From positions 247,350 through 311,349 of the forward strand of contig JAQGDQ010000271.1 in NCBI GenBank assembly GCA_030141605.1: 64,000 bases of DNA, given 5' to 3'. The translations under genes were made by a program, and so were the position numbers. Source of the DNA: Tubiluchus corallicola. Taxonomy: Eukaryota; Animalia; Priapulida. Under the pieces are notes generated by a model. It saw only the letters and a list, made by a program, of their open reading frames with translations. It had not been told where the DNA came from and searched no databases. Shown here one piece after another: positions 1-12,856 of the stretch; the stretch's first letter is position 1; the number at the start of each line of letters is the position of its first letter.

Positions 1-526
1 CACACAAACACAATTTCACGTTCGCGCCACTAGCTCTTCGCTGTTACATGCATTTCACCATCCGCTAGTGGATGGGCATTAGCACCTGCATTTCGGAAAC
101 GCATTGCACAAAAAACAGGTGCTGTACCTCTCACTTTGGATGTGTTAGTTTGTGACGAACTACACACGTTCGACGGCTCATCCGTGAGCACAGCTGTAAA
201 TTTGAAATTTTATCTTAAAACTTGCCTAGTTTTAGTACAACACACTTAATGTCTTACAGTAGCACTGTACTTCAATTTTCGCTTTCGCAAACACGTGCAA
301 CACGCTCGTGTAATATTTTTGCCCTGTTGAAAATTGTGTTAGTTTGTGGTGTCATCAATAGTTGGGCTCCCCAGGTTTCATTAAATTTTAACCTATTATT
401 TAATTATCAGGAACGCTTTTCCAGTATTAATTGTGTTAAAATGTACGGTTTTTATCAGACTTGAAAATGCTTCGGTATGTGAAAAATCATCCTGTTTTCC
501 TTTAACCGTTTTCTCATTTTTATCAG

Positions 527-797
527 GCAAAATTAGAGAATGATTCTAGCAGAGGGAGCAGCGGTGCTGCCGGTGCTGGTGGTGGTGGTGAAACTACACG
601 AGATGAGAATCAGCAGGCACACAATTGTGGGGATGACAACGATGATGTCGGCAATAATGAAAAATATCTTAATAATGACGGTGATGACGATGATTTTACG
701 AAGTCCGTGGAAAAGCAGTCTTCGCTTCCTCCTAATTTTTCGTACAACATTAGACCACCCAGTCCCATGCCATTACCGTTAGAAGAAGCAAATCCAG
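527..797 (+). CDS. Internal exon of an unidentified gene (low-complexity Gly/Asp/Asn/Pro-rich: AKLENDSSRGSSGAAG...PPSPMPLPLEEANP)
   Basis: Acceptor tttttatcag before 527 and donor gtaaga after 797. Open frame of 271 nt (phase 0 to 1) joins in frame to the exon at 1398. Confidence 0.6.
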
Positions 798-1397
798 GTA
801 AGATAATTTAAGCTGAATATGATTAATGTGTTGAATGTGTTTATCAGAAAACCTAAATTTAGACTTGGGTCCGGTAGGTCCGGTAAGATCAAGTCTGCTC
901 CGGTTTTTTAAAAGACTAATACTCAAATTTACTGCTTTCCAAAACATCATCATTGTCGTCGTCGTCATCGTCAGTTATTATCTCTAAACATGTACATGAT
1001 TTTCGTAGCTTCATCGAAGTTAAACTTTATTTTTGAGTTTAAACTATTTTGAGCATGTTGGGTTCAAATTGTATGTACTGTATTGTATGTTTTTTGTTAG
1101 ACAATGTGTCGGAGGATAACAGTTTTATACTGAAACTTTCTGCAATTATTTAAAGTATCTCGTATCTAAAAACTAATTTATTGAACAGTAACTCAAAGTA
1201 AGAGGAAAAGAAAATATAAGAAGAGAAAAGGCAAGAGGGAATTGAAGTGAATAGTGGATGAATTGAGTGGAAAAATTTGAAAAAGATAGCTGTTGGTAAC
1301 AGTAGCATGTATCGCACATCGTTTTGAGTTTGAACTGAAACACGAAAACAATTTGTTGTGGTAGCTCAATAAGCTTTATTTTTTAATTGATTTTCAG

Positions 1398-2248
1398 CGG
1401 GAGTTTTTGAATTTCAAGATGGAGTGCATGCTGAACCGCAGTACATACCTTCAGTGACAACTTGCAGCAACGTACCTGATCTGACGTTTTACTGTGGATG
1501 TGCGAGTGCTACACCTGTGCCAAACCGGCGAAATCCGCACAACTCCAGCAAGCGAAGTTTACCCGACAGACTAACAGTACCATATTCTCACTCTCACACG
1601 TGTAACAGCTATCCGACTGTACACTATTATCGTAACAATTATTTAGACGTGTCTCTGTTGCGTTCGTTACAAGACGAACAGCAGGCACGCGATTTCGGTG
1701 AAAGAAAAGGTGCCAATGTCAATAATGAACGAGACAGTAGGGAGTTTTGTAAAGAAATGTCAAATTCTTCACTCGATAAGGTCGCGGTGCCCCAGCAGCC
1801 GTCGTTGTCGGATTACGAGCTCCCCGTTGATAATAATAATACAGTTGGCGACGAATCTTTATTGTGCAGAGACAAACATGGCAAATGCTTGCATCTGCCG
1901 AATTCGCAAGCCAGTTTCGAATCTGTAGGAGACCCGGACGGTGACAAACCAATGGTGCAGCCTACGCGACATATGCCCGAGTTGGCAAAACAGACTAATG
2001 GCCGTATTCCAGGTAGTTTGGAACCGACGCAGCTGTGTGATTTTCATAATTCTAATAATAATGCGAAGCCGGTTATAACTAGCGAACTGATCGAGCCGGT
2101 ACCGTCTCCCGACCGTGGTAATACGTTTTTAGTTAGCTACGGTAACGTTAGATGGCGTAACTCATCAGCAAGTCATTGTGATAGTAGGGACTGCACAGGC
2201 TTTAGAGACTGTCGTATTAACTACAGAGAAAAGGACTCGATATTGTGA
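1398..2248 (+). CDS. Terminal exon of the same unidentified gene (about 283 aa, no recognisable domain)
   Basis: Acceptor gattttcag ending at 1397; phase-1 start is in frame with ORF 1424-2248; higher GC than flanks; ends in TGA. Confidence 0.6.
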
Positions 2249-3571
2249 CACCAGGTGGTGGAGTTACCATGTTTAGAAGTTCCTTACATTCAGACAACCA
2301 AATCTTATGATTAGCGCTCCCCGCGATTCTTGCAAGATTCTTGCATTTCAAAGTATCTAAATGACTTATGTATGTTTAGTTAAATGATGCGTAACTCCAC
2401 ACGCTTTCCTACTTAAACTATTGCTAGCTTTTATAAATTACTTACTTTTTACTATAGGAGTGCGTATGTTATTAGCAATACATTGTGCGTAGCGTTTTGA
2501 CCGGTGAACCGAACTGGTTTGCCAAAAGCTGACCAATATGTCAAATTTCTGTGATCCGTGTATTTATTTGTAACCCAGACATGAGTATTGCTAATTAATA
2601 GTATCGGTACTCTTTCCCGAGGCTATAGGAAAGCAATTAATATATCATATGCATCGGTTGTTATAATTATGTGTAGTATTAGCGATTAATACAGCAGCCA
2701 CGTTTCTCACTTCTGTAAAAAGTTGTAAAAAGGAGATCGATAAATTGTAGCGAATGATAAAACGGTAAAATGTTAATTAATTTGTCATGATCACATGCAA
2801 TAATTATTATATGATCACTCGTAAGCTGAGCCTTACTGTAATATATATCGTTGTAATCTGGATCGGCATTTGATATTGTACAGCCCACACGTGTAATGTA
2901 ACAAATGCTGTACATGTACGGACTAGTTTGTGGCATCAGTGCTACTTATCGTAACATTTTTTGCATGCTTTTGTTTTTCTATCAGTTTTCACAAGTTTTT
3001 TGTATTATACGCATGTCTATGTATACACATGGCATTATGATTATTATAGCCTAATAATTTAAGTAAAGACGATAGTTAATTTGGCCATTGCACACGGACA
3101 ATTGTTGTGAGAAGTCTGTCTCGATGGACACGTACTAGTTACTGTTGCTCGGCGTACTCCCCTATTTTTTCCCCAAGTACTCCCTATTTTTTGTTGGTGT
3201 GCTCTGATTTCATATTAACTCCTATTATGTCCCAAACAGCTGCTTTGGCCCAATCAATAGTCACCTCGCTAATAGCGACTTTTTGCGCTTTCAGAGTTAA
3301 AACTTCTCATTGCAACGGATCATTTTATTGGAGACGTCGCAGAAAATTTCACGGCAGCCATTTTTGAAATCTGTTGCCGTAACTTCTGGTAGTAAGAAAC
3401 CTGTTTAATACAAATGAAAGTTACTGTAAAATGAAGACCTGAGTTTTGCTGTGTATGTTATTACAATCAGCATTGTTTGATGTTAAATTAAAGGAAATAA
3501 ATTCTTCCCTTTATTCAATTCTTACTACGCGGATTCTTCAAAGTGTCTATGTGGAACAGTGTCAAAGAAAT

Positions 3572-3920
3572 GGTTGGCATCCTTCTGTCTCGGAAGACAA
3601 TGGAGTGTGCGCCAAGAGAATCAGTTATTGATCACATTGTTGGAGCTGCAGCGTCGACCGTGGCTGAGCAGTTCGATCCTTGAACGTCTCCAGGGCGCCC
3701 GCCTGGGCAAGGTGTATGGAGATCCTAGGTTGCCCAGACAACAGGAACCCCCTCTCTTCCTCCCTGGTGTAGTCCAAAGGGATACAGTGTGGGCATCCCG
3801 CAAGCCTACAGCACCTGGTATTCCTAGGCGGTCACCCATCCAAGTACTAACCAGGCTCTACTTTGCTTAGCTTACGTGATCAGGCGAGAACCGGTGTTTT
3901 CAACGTGATTTGGCTGTAGC
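3572..3920 (-). mobile_element. 5S rRNA-derived SINE (SINE3), internally deleted copy 1
   Basis: Reverse strand starts with a 5S-like head (GCTACAGCCAAATCACGTTGAAAACACCGGTTCTC...TTAGTACTTGGATGGGTGACCGCC...). Body and tail match the copies at 18869, 46730 and 54650. Confidence 0.9.
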
Positions 3921-4220
3921 TTTTAAAAAAATAATTGCTGCATTAAACACCCAGTTTGACCGATGCTATCATAGCTGATATAACTGCGTAATATTTCATC
4001 AGAAAATTTCTACCTAGCATTGAAATCTCTCATCGGCATCGAGAGTAAGACAAGTGGGTATCCTCCTCTTAACCTCTTAAATTACTGGCTAGCCCATCTG
4101 TTAAATTTAGAGAATTTGCCTAGCAACCATTGTCATTCTAGTCTGGGTTTCAAAAAAGTTCTTCCTCGTTAATTTTGCTTTTGAATCGGAACTTTTTCAT
4201 GCCAGTATGTACCGACGTAA

Positions 4221-4696
4221 TATAGGTTTTACATGTCAAATGTAGACTTTGGTAAGTCAAATGTGTCCTGCTAACTCAAATGTAGACTTAGGTAGTTCAA
4301 ATGTGTTAACAATGGTTTTCAAGAAATCTTAAGCGTTTTTGGTAAGTCAAATGTAGACACATGTCAAGTCAAATGTGACATTGGTATCTCAAATGTGGAT
4401 AGGTGGTAAAGTTTTAGGATGTTAAATTTAATCTTCTTTAATCTTAATTTAATAATTGCTGTGAAAATAATAACTTTATAGGTCTACTAATAGATGCGCT
4501 ATCTTTGGTGTATCTTTTTCTAATTTGCACTTAAATAACTCAGTTACCGATTTATTCAAAGTACCGCATCTACATTTGACTTACTTAAGTCACATTTGAG
4601 TTACCAAAACACATTTGAAATTCCTATGTCTACATTTGACTTACCTAAGTCACATTTGAACTTTCCTGTGTCCGCATTTGACGTGTAAAACCTATA
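4221..4696. mobile_element. Foldback-like MITE, copy 1 (TATAGGTTTTAC...GTAAAACCTATA)
   Basis: Terminal inverted repeats with subterminal TCAAATGT/ACATTTGA repeats; homologous element at 32913-34124. Confidence 0.8.
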
Positions 4697-5587
4697 TGTG
4701 AAATTTTTTTCTCCATTTCTTGATCGAGGTAAAAAATAATTGCTTACGACTGAAACGTCCAATGACGCCAGATCTGTTTTAGATACGAAAACTCCAAGAA
4801 CGTGCTCTGAAAAACTGAAATGTCTTTCCTGCTGCTGTCATCCCCATTTGAAATTAGAAAATTGTGCTTTAAGGAGTTGTCTTTTCCGTATTTGGGAAAA
4901 ATGAACTGAATATATTTACAGTCACAATTACTTAATATAGTAATGTTGTGTAGTTGTTGATTCCCTATAATTGTTAACTTGTTTTTGTATTATAGTGTTA
5001 ATTTGTTGGTTTGAGCATGGTGCATGGTGCATGGGCAGATATCAATCGCAAAACGTTATTGTATAGTTATTATAATTATCCAATTCATTTTTTTTAAATA
5101 TACTTCTGAGATTATGTATTATCTGCAAATTTATTATACTTTGCTACTTATTTCACTAAATTACAGAATTCACAAAGCTGTACCAGTTCTGTACACTTAA
5201 TCTGCCTAAAATTTAAGAATACAGGTATAAGTAATCGTTATTATACTCTGTTATTACACTGTGACATGTAAAAATGTGCTGCGTATTATCGATTAATATC
5301 TGTGACTTTATAATTAGCTTGTTCATCATTTTGTAAATAAACAAAGTACACTTAAAATAATGTTAACAATGTGTGTTGAGTTTTATTGGCTAATAAAAAT
5401 GTTAGACTGTTTGTGACATGATGTAATCAGTCGGCTGCTAAAAAGGAAGCAAATGAGAGGAATGAAGTTTAACGAAGAAAACTGGTTCATTTGAAAGTGC
5501 GTACATATCGTTGTGTCAAATTTAAAAGCTTTACAAAGTTAGCCAGACTGTCAATGACAGTCTAGGTCCGCTGAAGAAAAATGTAAG

Positions 5588-7250
5588 ATAACCACAACAA
5601 GCTTGTATGACACGTGACAGAATGATTGCTCAACCACCAATAACCACAACAAACTTGTATGACACGTGCTAGAATGATTGCTCAAGCACCAATAACCACA
5701 ACAAGCTTGTATGACACGTGCTAGAATGATTGCTCAACCACCAATAACCACAACAAGCTTGTATGACACGTGCTAGAATGATTGCTCAACCACCAATAAC
5801 CACAACAAGCTTGTATGACACGTGCTAGAATGATTGCTCAAGCACCAATAACCACAACAAGCTTGTATGACACGTGTTAGAATGATTGCTCAACCACCAA
5901 TAACCACAACAAACTTGTATGACACGTGCTAGAATGATTGCTCAAGCACCAATAACCACAACAAACTTGTATGACACGTGCTAGAATGATTGCTCAACCA
6001 CCAATAACCACAACAAGCTTGTATGACACGTGCTAGAATGATTGCTCAAGCACCAATAACCACAACAAGCTTGTATGACACGTGCTAGAATGATTGCTCA
6101 AGCACCAATAACCACAACAAGCTTGTATGACACGTGTTAGAATGATTGCTCAAGCACCAATAACCACAACAAGCTTGTATGACACGTGCTAGAATGATTG
6201 CTCAAGCACCAATAACCACAACAAACTTGTATGACACGTGCTAGAATGATTGCTCAAGCACCAATAACCACAACAAGCTTGTATGACACGTGCTAGAATG
6301 ATTGCTCAACCACCAATAACCACAACAAGCTTGTATGACACGTGCTAGAATGATTGCTCAACCACCAATAACCACAACAAGCTTGTATGACACGTGCTAG
6401 AATGATTGCTCAACCCCCAATAACCACAACAAGCTTGTATGACACGTGCTAGAATGATTGCTCAACCACCAATAACCACAACAAACTTGTATGACACGTG
6501 CTAGAATGATTGCTCAACCACCAATAACCACAACAAGCTTGTATGACACGTGCTAGAATGATTGCTCAACCACCAATAACCACAACAAACTTGTATGACA
6601 CGTGCTAGAATGATTGCTCAACCACCAATAACCACAACAAGCTTGTATGACACGTGGTAGAATGATTGCTCAACCACCAATAACCACAACAAACTTGTAT
6701 GACACGTGCTAGAATGATTGCTCAACCACCAATAACCACAACAAACTTGTATGACACGTGCTAGAATGATTGCTCAAGCACCAATAACCACAACAAGCTT
6801 GTATGACACGTGCTAGAATGATTGCTCAACCACCAATAACCACAACAAACTTGTATGACACGTGGTAGAATGATTGCTCAAACACCAATAACCACAACAA
6901 GTTTGTATGACACGTGCTAGAATGATTGCTCAAACACAACAAACTTGTATGACACGTGCTAGAATGATTGCTCAACCACAACAAACTTGTATGACACGTG
7001 CTAGAATGATTGCTCAAGCACCAATAACCACAACAAACTTGTATGACACGTGGTAGAATGATTGCTCAAGCACCAATAACCACAACAAGCTTGTATGACA
7101 CGTGCTAGAATGATTGCTCAAGCACCAATAACCACAACAAGCTTGTATGACACGTGCTAGAATGATTGCTCAACCCCCAATAACCACAACAAGCTTGTAT
7201 GACACGTGCTAGAATGATTGCTCAAGCACCAATAACCACAACAAGCTTGT
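5588..7250. repeat. 52-bp minisatellite, about 32 copies (CAATAACCACAACAAGCTTGTATGACACGTGCTAGAATGATTGCTCAACCAC)
   Basis: Direct 52-nt periodicity (e.g. 5641, 5693, 5901). Confidence 0.97.
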
Positions 7251-7402
7251 ACTTGTTTACAATTGTTTAAAACACAACGACTTGTACTTGTTTACAATTG
7301 TTTAAAACACAACGACTTGTACTCGTTTACAATTGTTTAAAACACAACGACTTGTACTTGTTTACAATTGTTTAACACAGCGACTTGTACATGTTTACAA
7401 TT
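7246..7402. repeat. 35-bp minisatellite (CTTGTACTTGTTTACAATTGTTTAAAACACAACGA), about 4.5 copies; sister array at about 10386-10569
   Basis: 35-nt period (7246, 7281, 7316, 7351); marks the left end of both segmental-duplication copies. Confidence 0.9.
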
Positions 7403-7856
7403 AGTGTGTAAGCATCGTCCTTTACTTTTCACCATAATAACGTCAGTTCCACTTCCTTCTAAAAATAGGTCACATCTAGACATATAAAACACCTTCTGAT
7501 GTCAAAGTTGCCATGGAATTTCAACTGAAGTTGTTTGGTTCATTCTGGTGATTACAATGGACAAACAAAAAACGCAACAGGAATTCTATGTTGTAACATT
7601 TAAAACGACTTTATTTATGTCCATCATGCCAATTCAGCAAAGAAACAAGAAACAAGAGATAATTATGAACAAATTTAAATACAGATGGCAGCACATGTAC
7701 AATTATCGTGTAATCTGTAAGTTTTTAGTATACGGATCGCGAGTGAAAATGAACGACAAAAGATGTAGGCCTCCATTAATTGCGACGTCATATTAGTATT
7801 AGAACCAAAGTTTATCTGCATTAAAAATAAGAAAAGAAACTTTATATGTATTCAAG

Positions 7857-8077
7857 TTATATTAGTATTAGAAACATTACAGTCACGATTACTGAGCATG
7901 TAGAAGCTGAGGCGAGACCAGCACGTGGTGCTGCAGCTAGTGTTCCACAGCCGAACTCAGGAATGGTGATTTCATTTTTGCCGTGCTTTCGTGGTGGCTC
8001 AAGACAATCAATTTTAGACGTCGCCCATTTCTCCACCTTTGTCCAGGCCATGTCACAGTCACAAATCAACGGATTTC
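7857..8077 (-). CDS. LRR gene A exon 2: LRRCT (GNPLICDCD...C...C) plus hydrophobic C-terminal GPI-signal-like tail
   Basis: Acceptor ttttacag; phase-1 join to exon 1 rebuilds the canonical LRRCT motif L-T-G-N-P-x-x-C-D-C; ends SVIVTVMFLILI*. Confidence 0.85.
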
Positions 8078-8547
8078 CTGTAAAATTAACATTGAATTAG
8101 TTCATATTAATGGCTATTTCACGTGATCATACGGAGTGGTACAAACTTTTGCTAATTTACAAAAACAACGAGTAAAATTTTTACATCAAAGTATTGCCGA
8201 AAGAATTGCGAATCTAAAACACGTGTGGAAGCTTCACTCGTGTGACATATGATTTGAGCACTGACTCACTGAACTTAAAATTGTCCTTGCAGACGCCTCA
8301 CAAAACTTGAATACTGATCAAGTCCTGGTCTTTGATCATCGTCGACTTGATCTTTCAGGATAGATCCAGCATGCTTTGCAGTTTGAGGTTTGATGAATAG
8401 CCACACCATTCAGGTCAATAGAAAAAAATAATTCCAAAGATTTTAGGTCACCACTCTAATGATATTCTTCCAGATCGTATTCTAAGATCAGGACATCGTA
8501 GGCTTTCATATTAAATTGTAAGCGTGTGATAGATCACCTTTTTTCAG

Positions 8548-8689
8548 AAATACTTTCATGTAATCGATCATGAAATACTTTCACGTAATAGATCATGAAA
8601 TACTTTCACGTAATAGATCATGTAATACTTTCACGTAATAGATCATGTAATACTTTCACGTAATAGATCATGTAATACTTTCCCGTAAT
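8548..8689. repeat. 25-bp intronic minisatellite (AATACTTTCACGTAATAGATCATG-type); 5+ copies in A, 3+ in B (11702-11792)
   Basis: Direct periodicity; copy number differs between the duplicates. Confidence 0.85.
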
Positions 8690-9094
8690 ATCAAAACAAG
8701 ACGCATCTGCTGCTGCATTGCCAGTCTCAAGTGCCACTATTGCGACAATAAGTATCCTGGCAGCAAATACTAGAAGTTTTTACGAAGTTTTTGGAATATC
8801 GGCAACAGCTATCTTAAAATGAAAAGCCTGACGATGAAAGATCATTTGAAATACGTTTTTCGTTTGAGTATCGTCCTTATACCACGGTATCCAATTCATT
8901 ACTAATTTGACATTGACTTCTGTTTTATTATTTATTTTTTACTTTTGTATTATATTCTCTATTATATTTGTCTTACTCTCTATCCAACAATTATGGTAGC
9001 CTTAATATTTACCCAAATGTGCTTATACAATGTAAAATAAATATTTCGTTAAAATTACAAGATATTTGCAGCCAGAGAAGTCACCTTCACCTAC

Positions 9095-9746
9095 CTGTGA
9101 GAATAAGGTCTACATTTTCTGGGCCAACATCCTTATGCAATTTCGGCATTTTCATTTTCTTCAAACCGCAGTCTTGGACATGAATGTACTTAAAATTCGG
9201 ATTTACCCTCATATCCAGTTCTAGGTAAACCAGTTTATTACAACCAACCACAGAAATTTGCTGTAGCCCCTTTACTCCGGAAAAAAAACGGCTCTCAATA
9301 TCGGTCAACCAGAACAACTCTATCATCCGGAAATGTTGAATATCGGCAGCGACATCATCTTCACGTAGACTTTCCACTTTACATTCGACAAGTTCGAAAT
9401 ATTTGATGACCCTTCTATTTAAGATCTTTCCGGGTAAGTTTTTCTCCGAATACTGGTGAATGGCCAGCAGTTCCATGGCGACAGGAAGAGCATTCGCTAT
9501 AGCTTGAAGACGTGCTGCGTTAATCTTCTGTCTCTCACCACATTTAATGCTACATGAAGTAGCATCTTTAATCTGACATTCGGGTACACTTGTTGAGAAT
9601 TCGCATGGAGATTGGGCTGTCACAGAAGTCTCAGAAAATTCTTCCCATGCTGTCGTTAACATAAATGCTACCAGAGCTCGAAGGAGATGCGTTTTTAATA
9701 ACAGCATCACGGAGAAATTTATTAATTTATTCACCAAAAGAATCAT
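9095..9746 (-). CDS. LRR gene A exon 1: signal peptide, Cys-capped N-terminus, degenerate leucine-rich repeats
   Basis: ORF 9087-9746 with a hydrophobic N-terminus, Cys cluster, LxxLxL-type repeats (IKYFELVECKVESL, LQQISVVGCNKL, FKYIHVQDCGLKKM) and donor G|GTAGGT. The true start may be Met14. Confidence 0.85.
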
Positions 9747-11016
9747 AAATTAGCTTTTAGGAAATCTTGTTGATAAAAAGTAGATAGCATTTGTGTTAAC
9801 GAGTTTTTAAGTTTTAAAAAGTTCCATTCAGTAAAACAAGAAAAGCCGTTCTAGAACCTAAGCCTAGCTGGTGAAACCATGACAACATGAATTCTGGGAG
9901 ATGTCATTGTCAGATAGTAACGCTTTTAAAAACAGCATTCTGTAGCCGAAAGCTGCGAAAATTACTGTAAGAGTGAAAGCAGGGCTGGATTCAGACCTTG
10001 GCGGTGCAGGGTGGGGTTTGTGGATCATAAAAAATTAATTTTAGTTCATCTTTTATTTGCTGATTTCAGGTCGAGTTTTCCTTCACAGAAAAATATTATA
10101 TATTACCATGAGTAAGTTTCCATTTGCAAAGTTAATGTTTTAAGAGAAAAAATTATCATGATTATTTTGCGCGAAAATGTTCTACACTATAATGTGCTTA
10201 AGTCATAATTTTGATTACATTATTAATGAAATATGTGTTAATTGGTATATGATTTCTTCAGACGTGTTTTCTGAACGTTTTTATTTTTAAATACTGTACA
10301 TAATTATTTTTATTTCACATTTATGTAATTCTGAATTCATGTGCGAATAAAGATGATGCGTGTTTGTGTGTGCACATGCGTGCATTTACAATTGTTTAAA
10401 ACACAATGACTTGTACTCGTTTACAATTGTTTAAAACACAACGACCTGTACTTGTTTACAATTGTTTAAAACACAGTGACCTGTACTCGTTTACAATTGT
10501 TTAAAACACAGCGACTAGTACTTGTTTACAATTGTTTAAAACACAACGACTTGTACTTGTTTACAATTAGTGTGTAAGCCTCGTCCTTTACTTTTCCCCA
10601 TAATAACGCCGGTTCCACTTCCTTCTAAAAATAGGTCACATCTAGACATATAAAACACCTTCTGAAGTCAAAGTTGCCATGGAATTTCAACTGAAGTTGG
10701 TTGGTTCATTCTGGTGATTACAATGGACAAACAAAAAACGCAACAGGAATTCTATGCTGTAACATCTAAAACGATTTTATTTAAGTCCATCATGCCAATT
10801 CAGCAAAGAAACAAAAAACAAGAAATAATTATGAACAAATTTAAATACAGATGGCAGCACATGTACAATTATCGTGTAATCTGTAAGTTTTTATTCTACG
10901 TATCGCGAGTGAAAATGAACGACAAAAGATGTAGGCCTACATTAATTGCGAAGTCATATATTAGAACCAAAGTTTATCTGCACTAAAAATAAGAAAAAAC
11001 TTTATATGTATTCAAG

Positions 11017-11231
11017 TTATATTAGTATTAGAAACATTACAGTCACGATTACTGAGCATGTAAAAGCTGAGGCGGGACCAGCACGTGGTGCTGCAGCTAG
11101 TTCACAGAATTCAGGAATGGTGATTTCATTTTTGCCGTGCTTTCGTGGTGGCTCAAGACAATCAATTTTAGACGTCGCCCATTTCTCCACCTTTGTCCAG
11201 GCCATGTCACAGTCACAAATCAATGGATTTT
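11017..11231 (-). CDS. LRR gene B exon 2: LRRCT (ENPLICDCD...) plus GPI-signal-like tail
   Basis: Paralogue of 7857-8077 with the same acceptor and phase. Confidence 0.85.
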
Positions 11232-12204
11232 CTGTAAAATTAACATTGAATTAGTTCATATCAATGGCTATTTCACGTGATCATACGGAGTGGTACAAAC
11301 TTTTGCTAATTTACAAAAACAATGAGTAAAATTTTTACATCAAAGTATTGCGGAAAGAATTGCGAATCAGAAACACGTGTGGAAGCTTCACTCGTGTGAC
11401 ATATGTTTTGAGCACTGACTCACTGAACTTAAAATTGTCCTTGCAGACGACTCACAAAACTTGAATACTGATCAAGTCCTGGTCTTTGATCATCGTCGAC
11501 TTGATCTTTCAGGGTAGATCCAGCATGCTTTGCAGTTTGAGGTTTGATGAATATCCACACCATTCAGGTCAATAGAAAAAAATAATTCCAAAGATTTTAG
11601 GTCACCACTCTAATGATATTCTTCCAGATCGTACTCTAAGATCACGACATCGTAGGCTTTCATATTAAATTGTAAGCGTGTGATAGATCACATTTTTTCA
11701 GAAATACTTTCATGTAATCGATCATGAAATACTTTCACGTAATAGATCATGTAATACTTTCACGTAATAGATCATGTAATACTTTCAGGTAATATCAAAA
11801 CAAGACGCATCTGCTGCTGCATTGCCAGTCTCAAGTGCCGCTATTGCGACAATAAGTATCCTGGCAGCAAATGCTAGAAGTTTTTACGAAGTTTTTGGAA
11901 TATCGGCAACAGCTATCTTAAAATGAAAAGCCTGACGATGAAAGGTCATTTGAAATACGTTCTTCGTTTGAGTATCATCCTTACACCACGGTATCCTATT
12001 CATTACTAATTTGACATTGAATTCTGTTTTATTGTTTATTTTTTACTTTTGTATTATATTCTCTATTATCTTTGTCTTACTCTCTATCCAATAATTATGG
12101 TAGCCTTAATATTCACCAAAATGTGCTTATACAATGTAAAATAAATATTTTGTTAAAATTATAAGATGGCCGTATTTCCAGCCAAAGAAGTCACCTTCAC
12201 CTAC

Positions 12205-12856
12205 CTATGAGAATAAGGTCTACCTTTTCTGGGCCAACATCTTCATTCAATTTCGGCATTTTCATTTTCTTCAAACCGCAGTCTTGGACATGAATGTACT
12301 TTAAAAACGGATTTGCCGTCATATCCAGTTCTAGGTAAACCAGTTTCTTACAACCATACACAGAAATTTGCTGTAGCTCCTTTACTCCAGAAAAACAACG
12401 GCTCTCAATATCGTGCAACCAGTACAACGCTATCATCCGGAAATGATCGATTTTGGCAACGACATCATCTTCACGAAGACTTTCCACCTTACATTCGACA
12501 AGTTCGAAATATCTGATGGTCTTTCCATCTAAGATCTTTCCGGGTAAGTTTTTTTCCGAATACTGGTGAATGGCCAGCATTTCCATGACGTCAGGAAGAG
12601 CAATCACAATAGCTTGAAGACGTGTTGCGTTAATCTCCTGTTTCTCACCACATGTAACGTGACATGAAGTAGCATCTTTAATCTCACATTCAGGTACACT
12701 TGGTGAGAATACACATGTAAACTGGGCTGTCACAGAAGTCTCAGAAATTTTTTCCCATGCTGTCTTTAACATAAATGCTACTACAGCTCGAAGGAGATGC
12801 GTTTTTAATAACACCATCACGGAGAAATTTATTAATTTATCCACCAAAAGAATCAT
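12205..12856 (-). CDS. LRR gene B exon 1: signal peptide and LRRs
   Basis: ORF 12197-12856, same length as gene A exon 1, intact frame, donor G|GTAGGT. Confidence 0.85.

Noticed and set aside
540-782. 80-aa hydrophobic ORF
   Set aside because: Alternative frame of exon 527-797; the spliced frame is the one consistent with the next exon.
5588-7250. CRISPR-like regular repeats (also 26121-28306, 35043-35975, 57847-64000)
   Set aside because: Units are contiguous with no unique spacers, there are no cas genes, and the context is eukaryotic.
7548-8100. + strand ORFs 7548-7796 and 7846-8100 and their duplicates
   Set aside because: Antisense to LRR exon 2 and its 3' UTR; conserved only because the duplication is recent.
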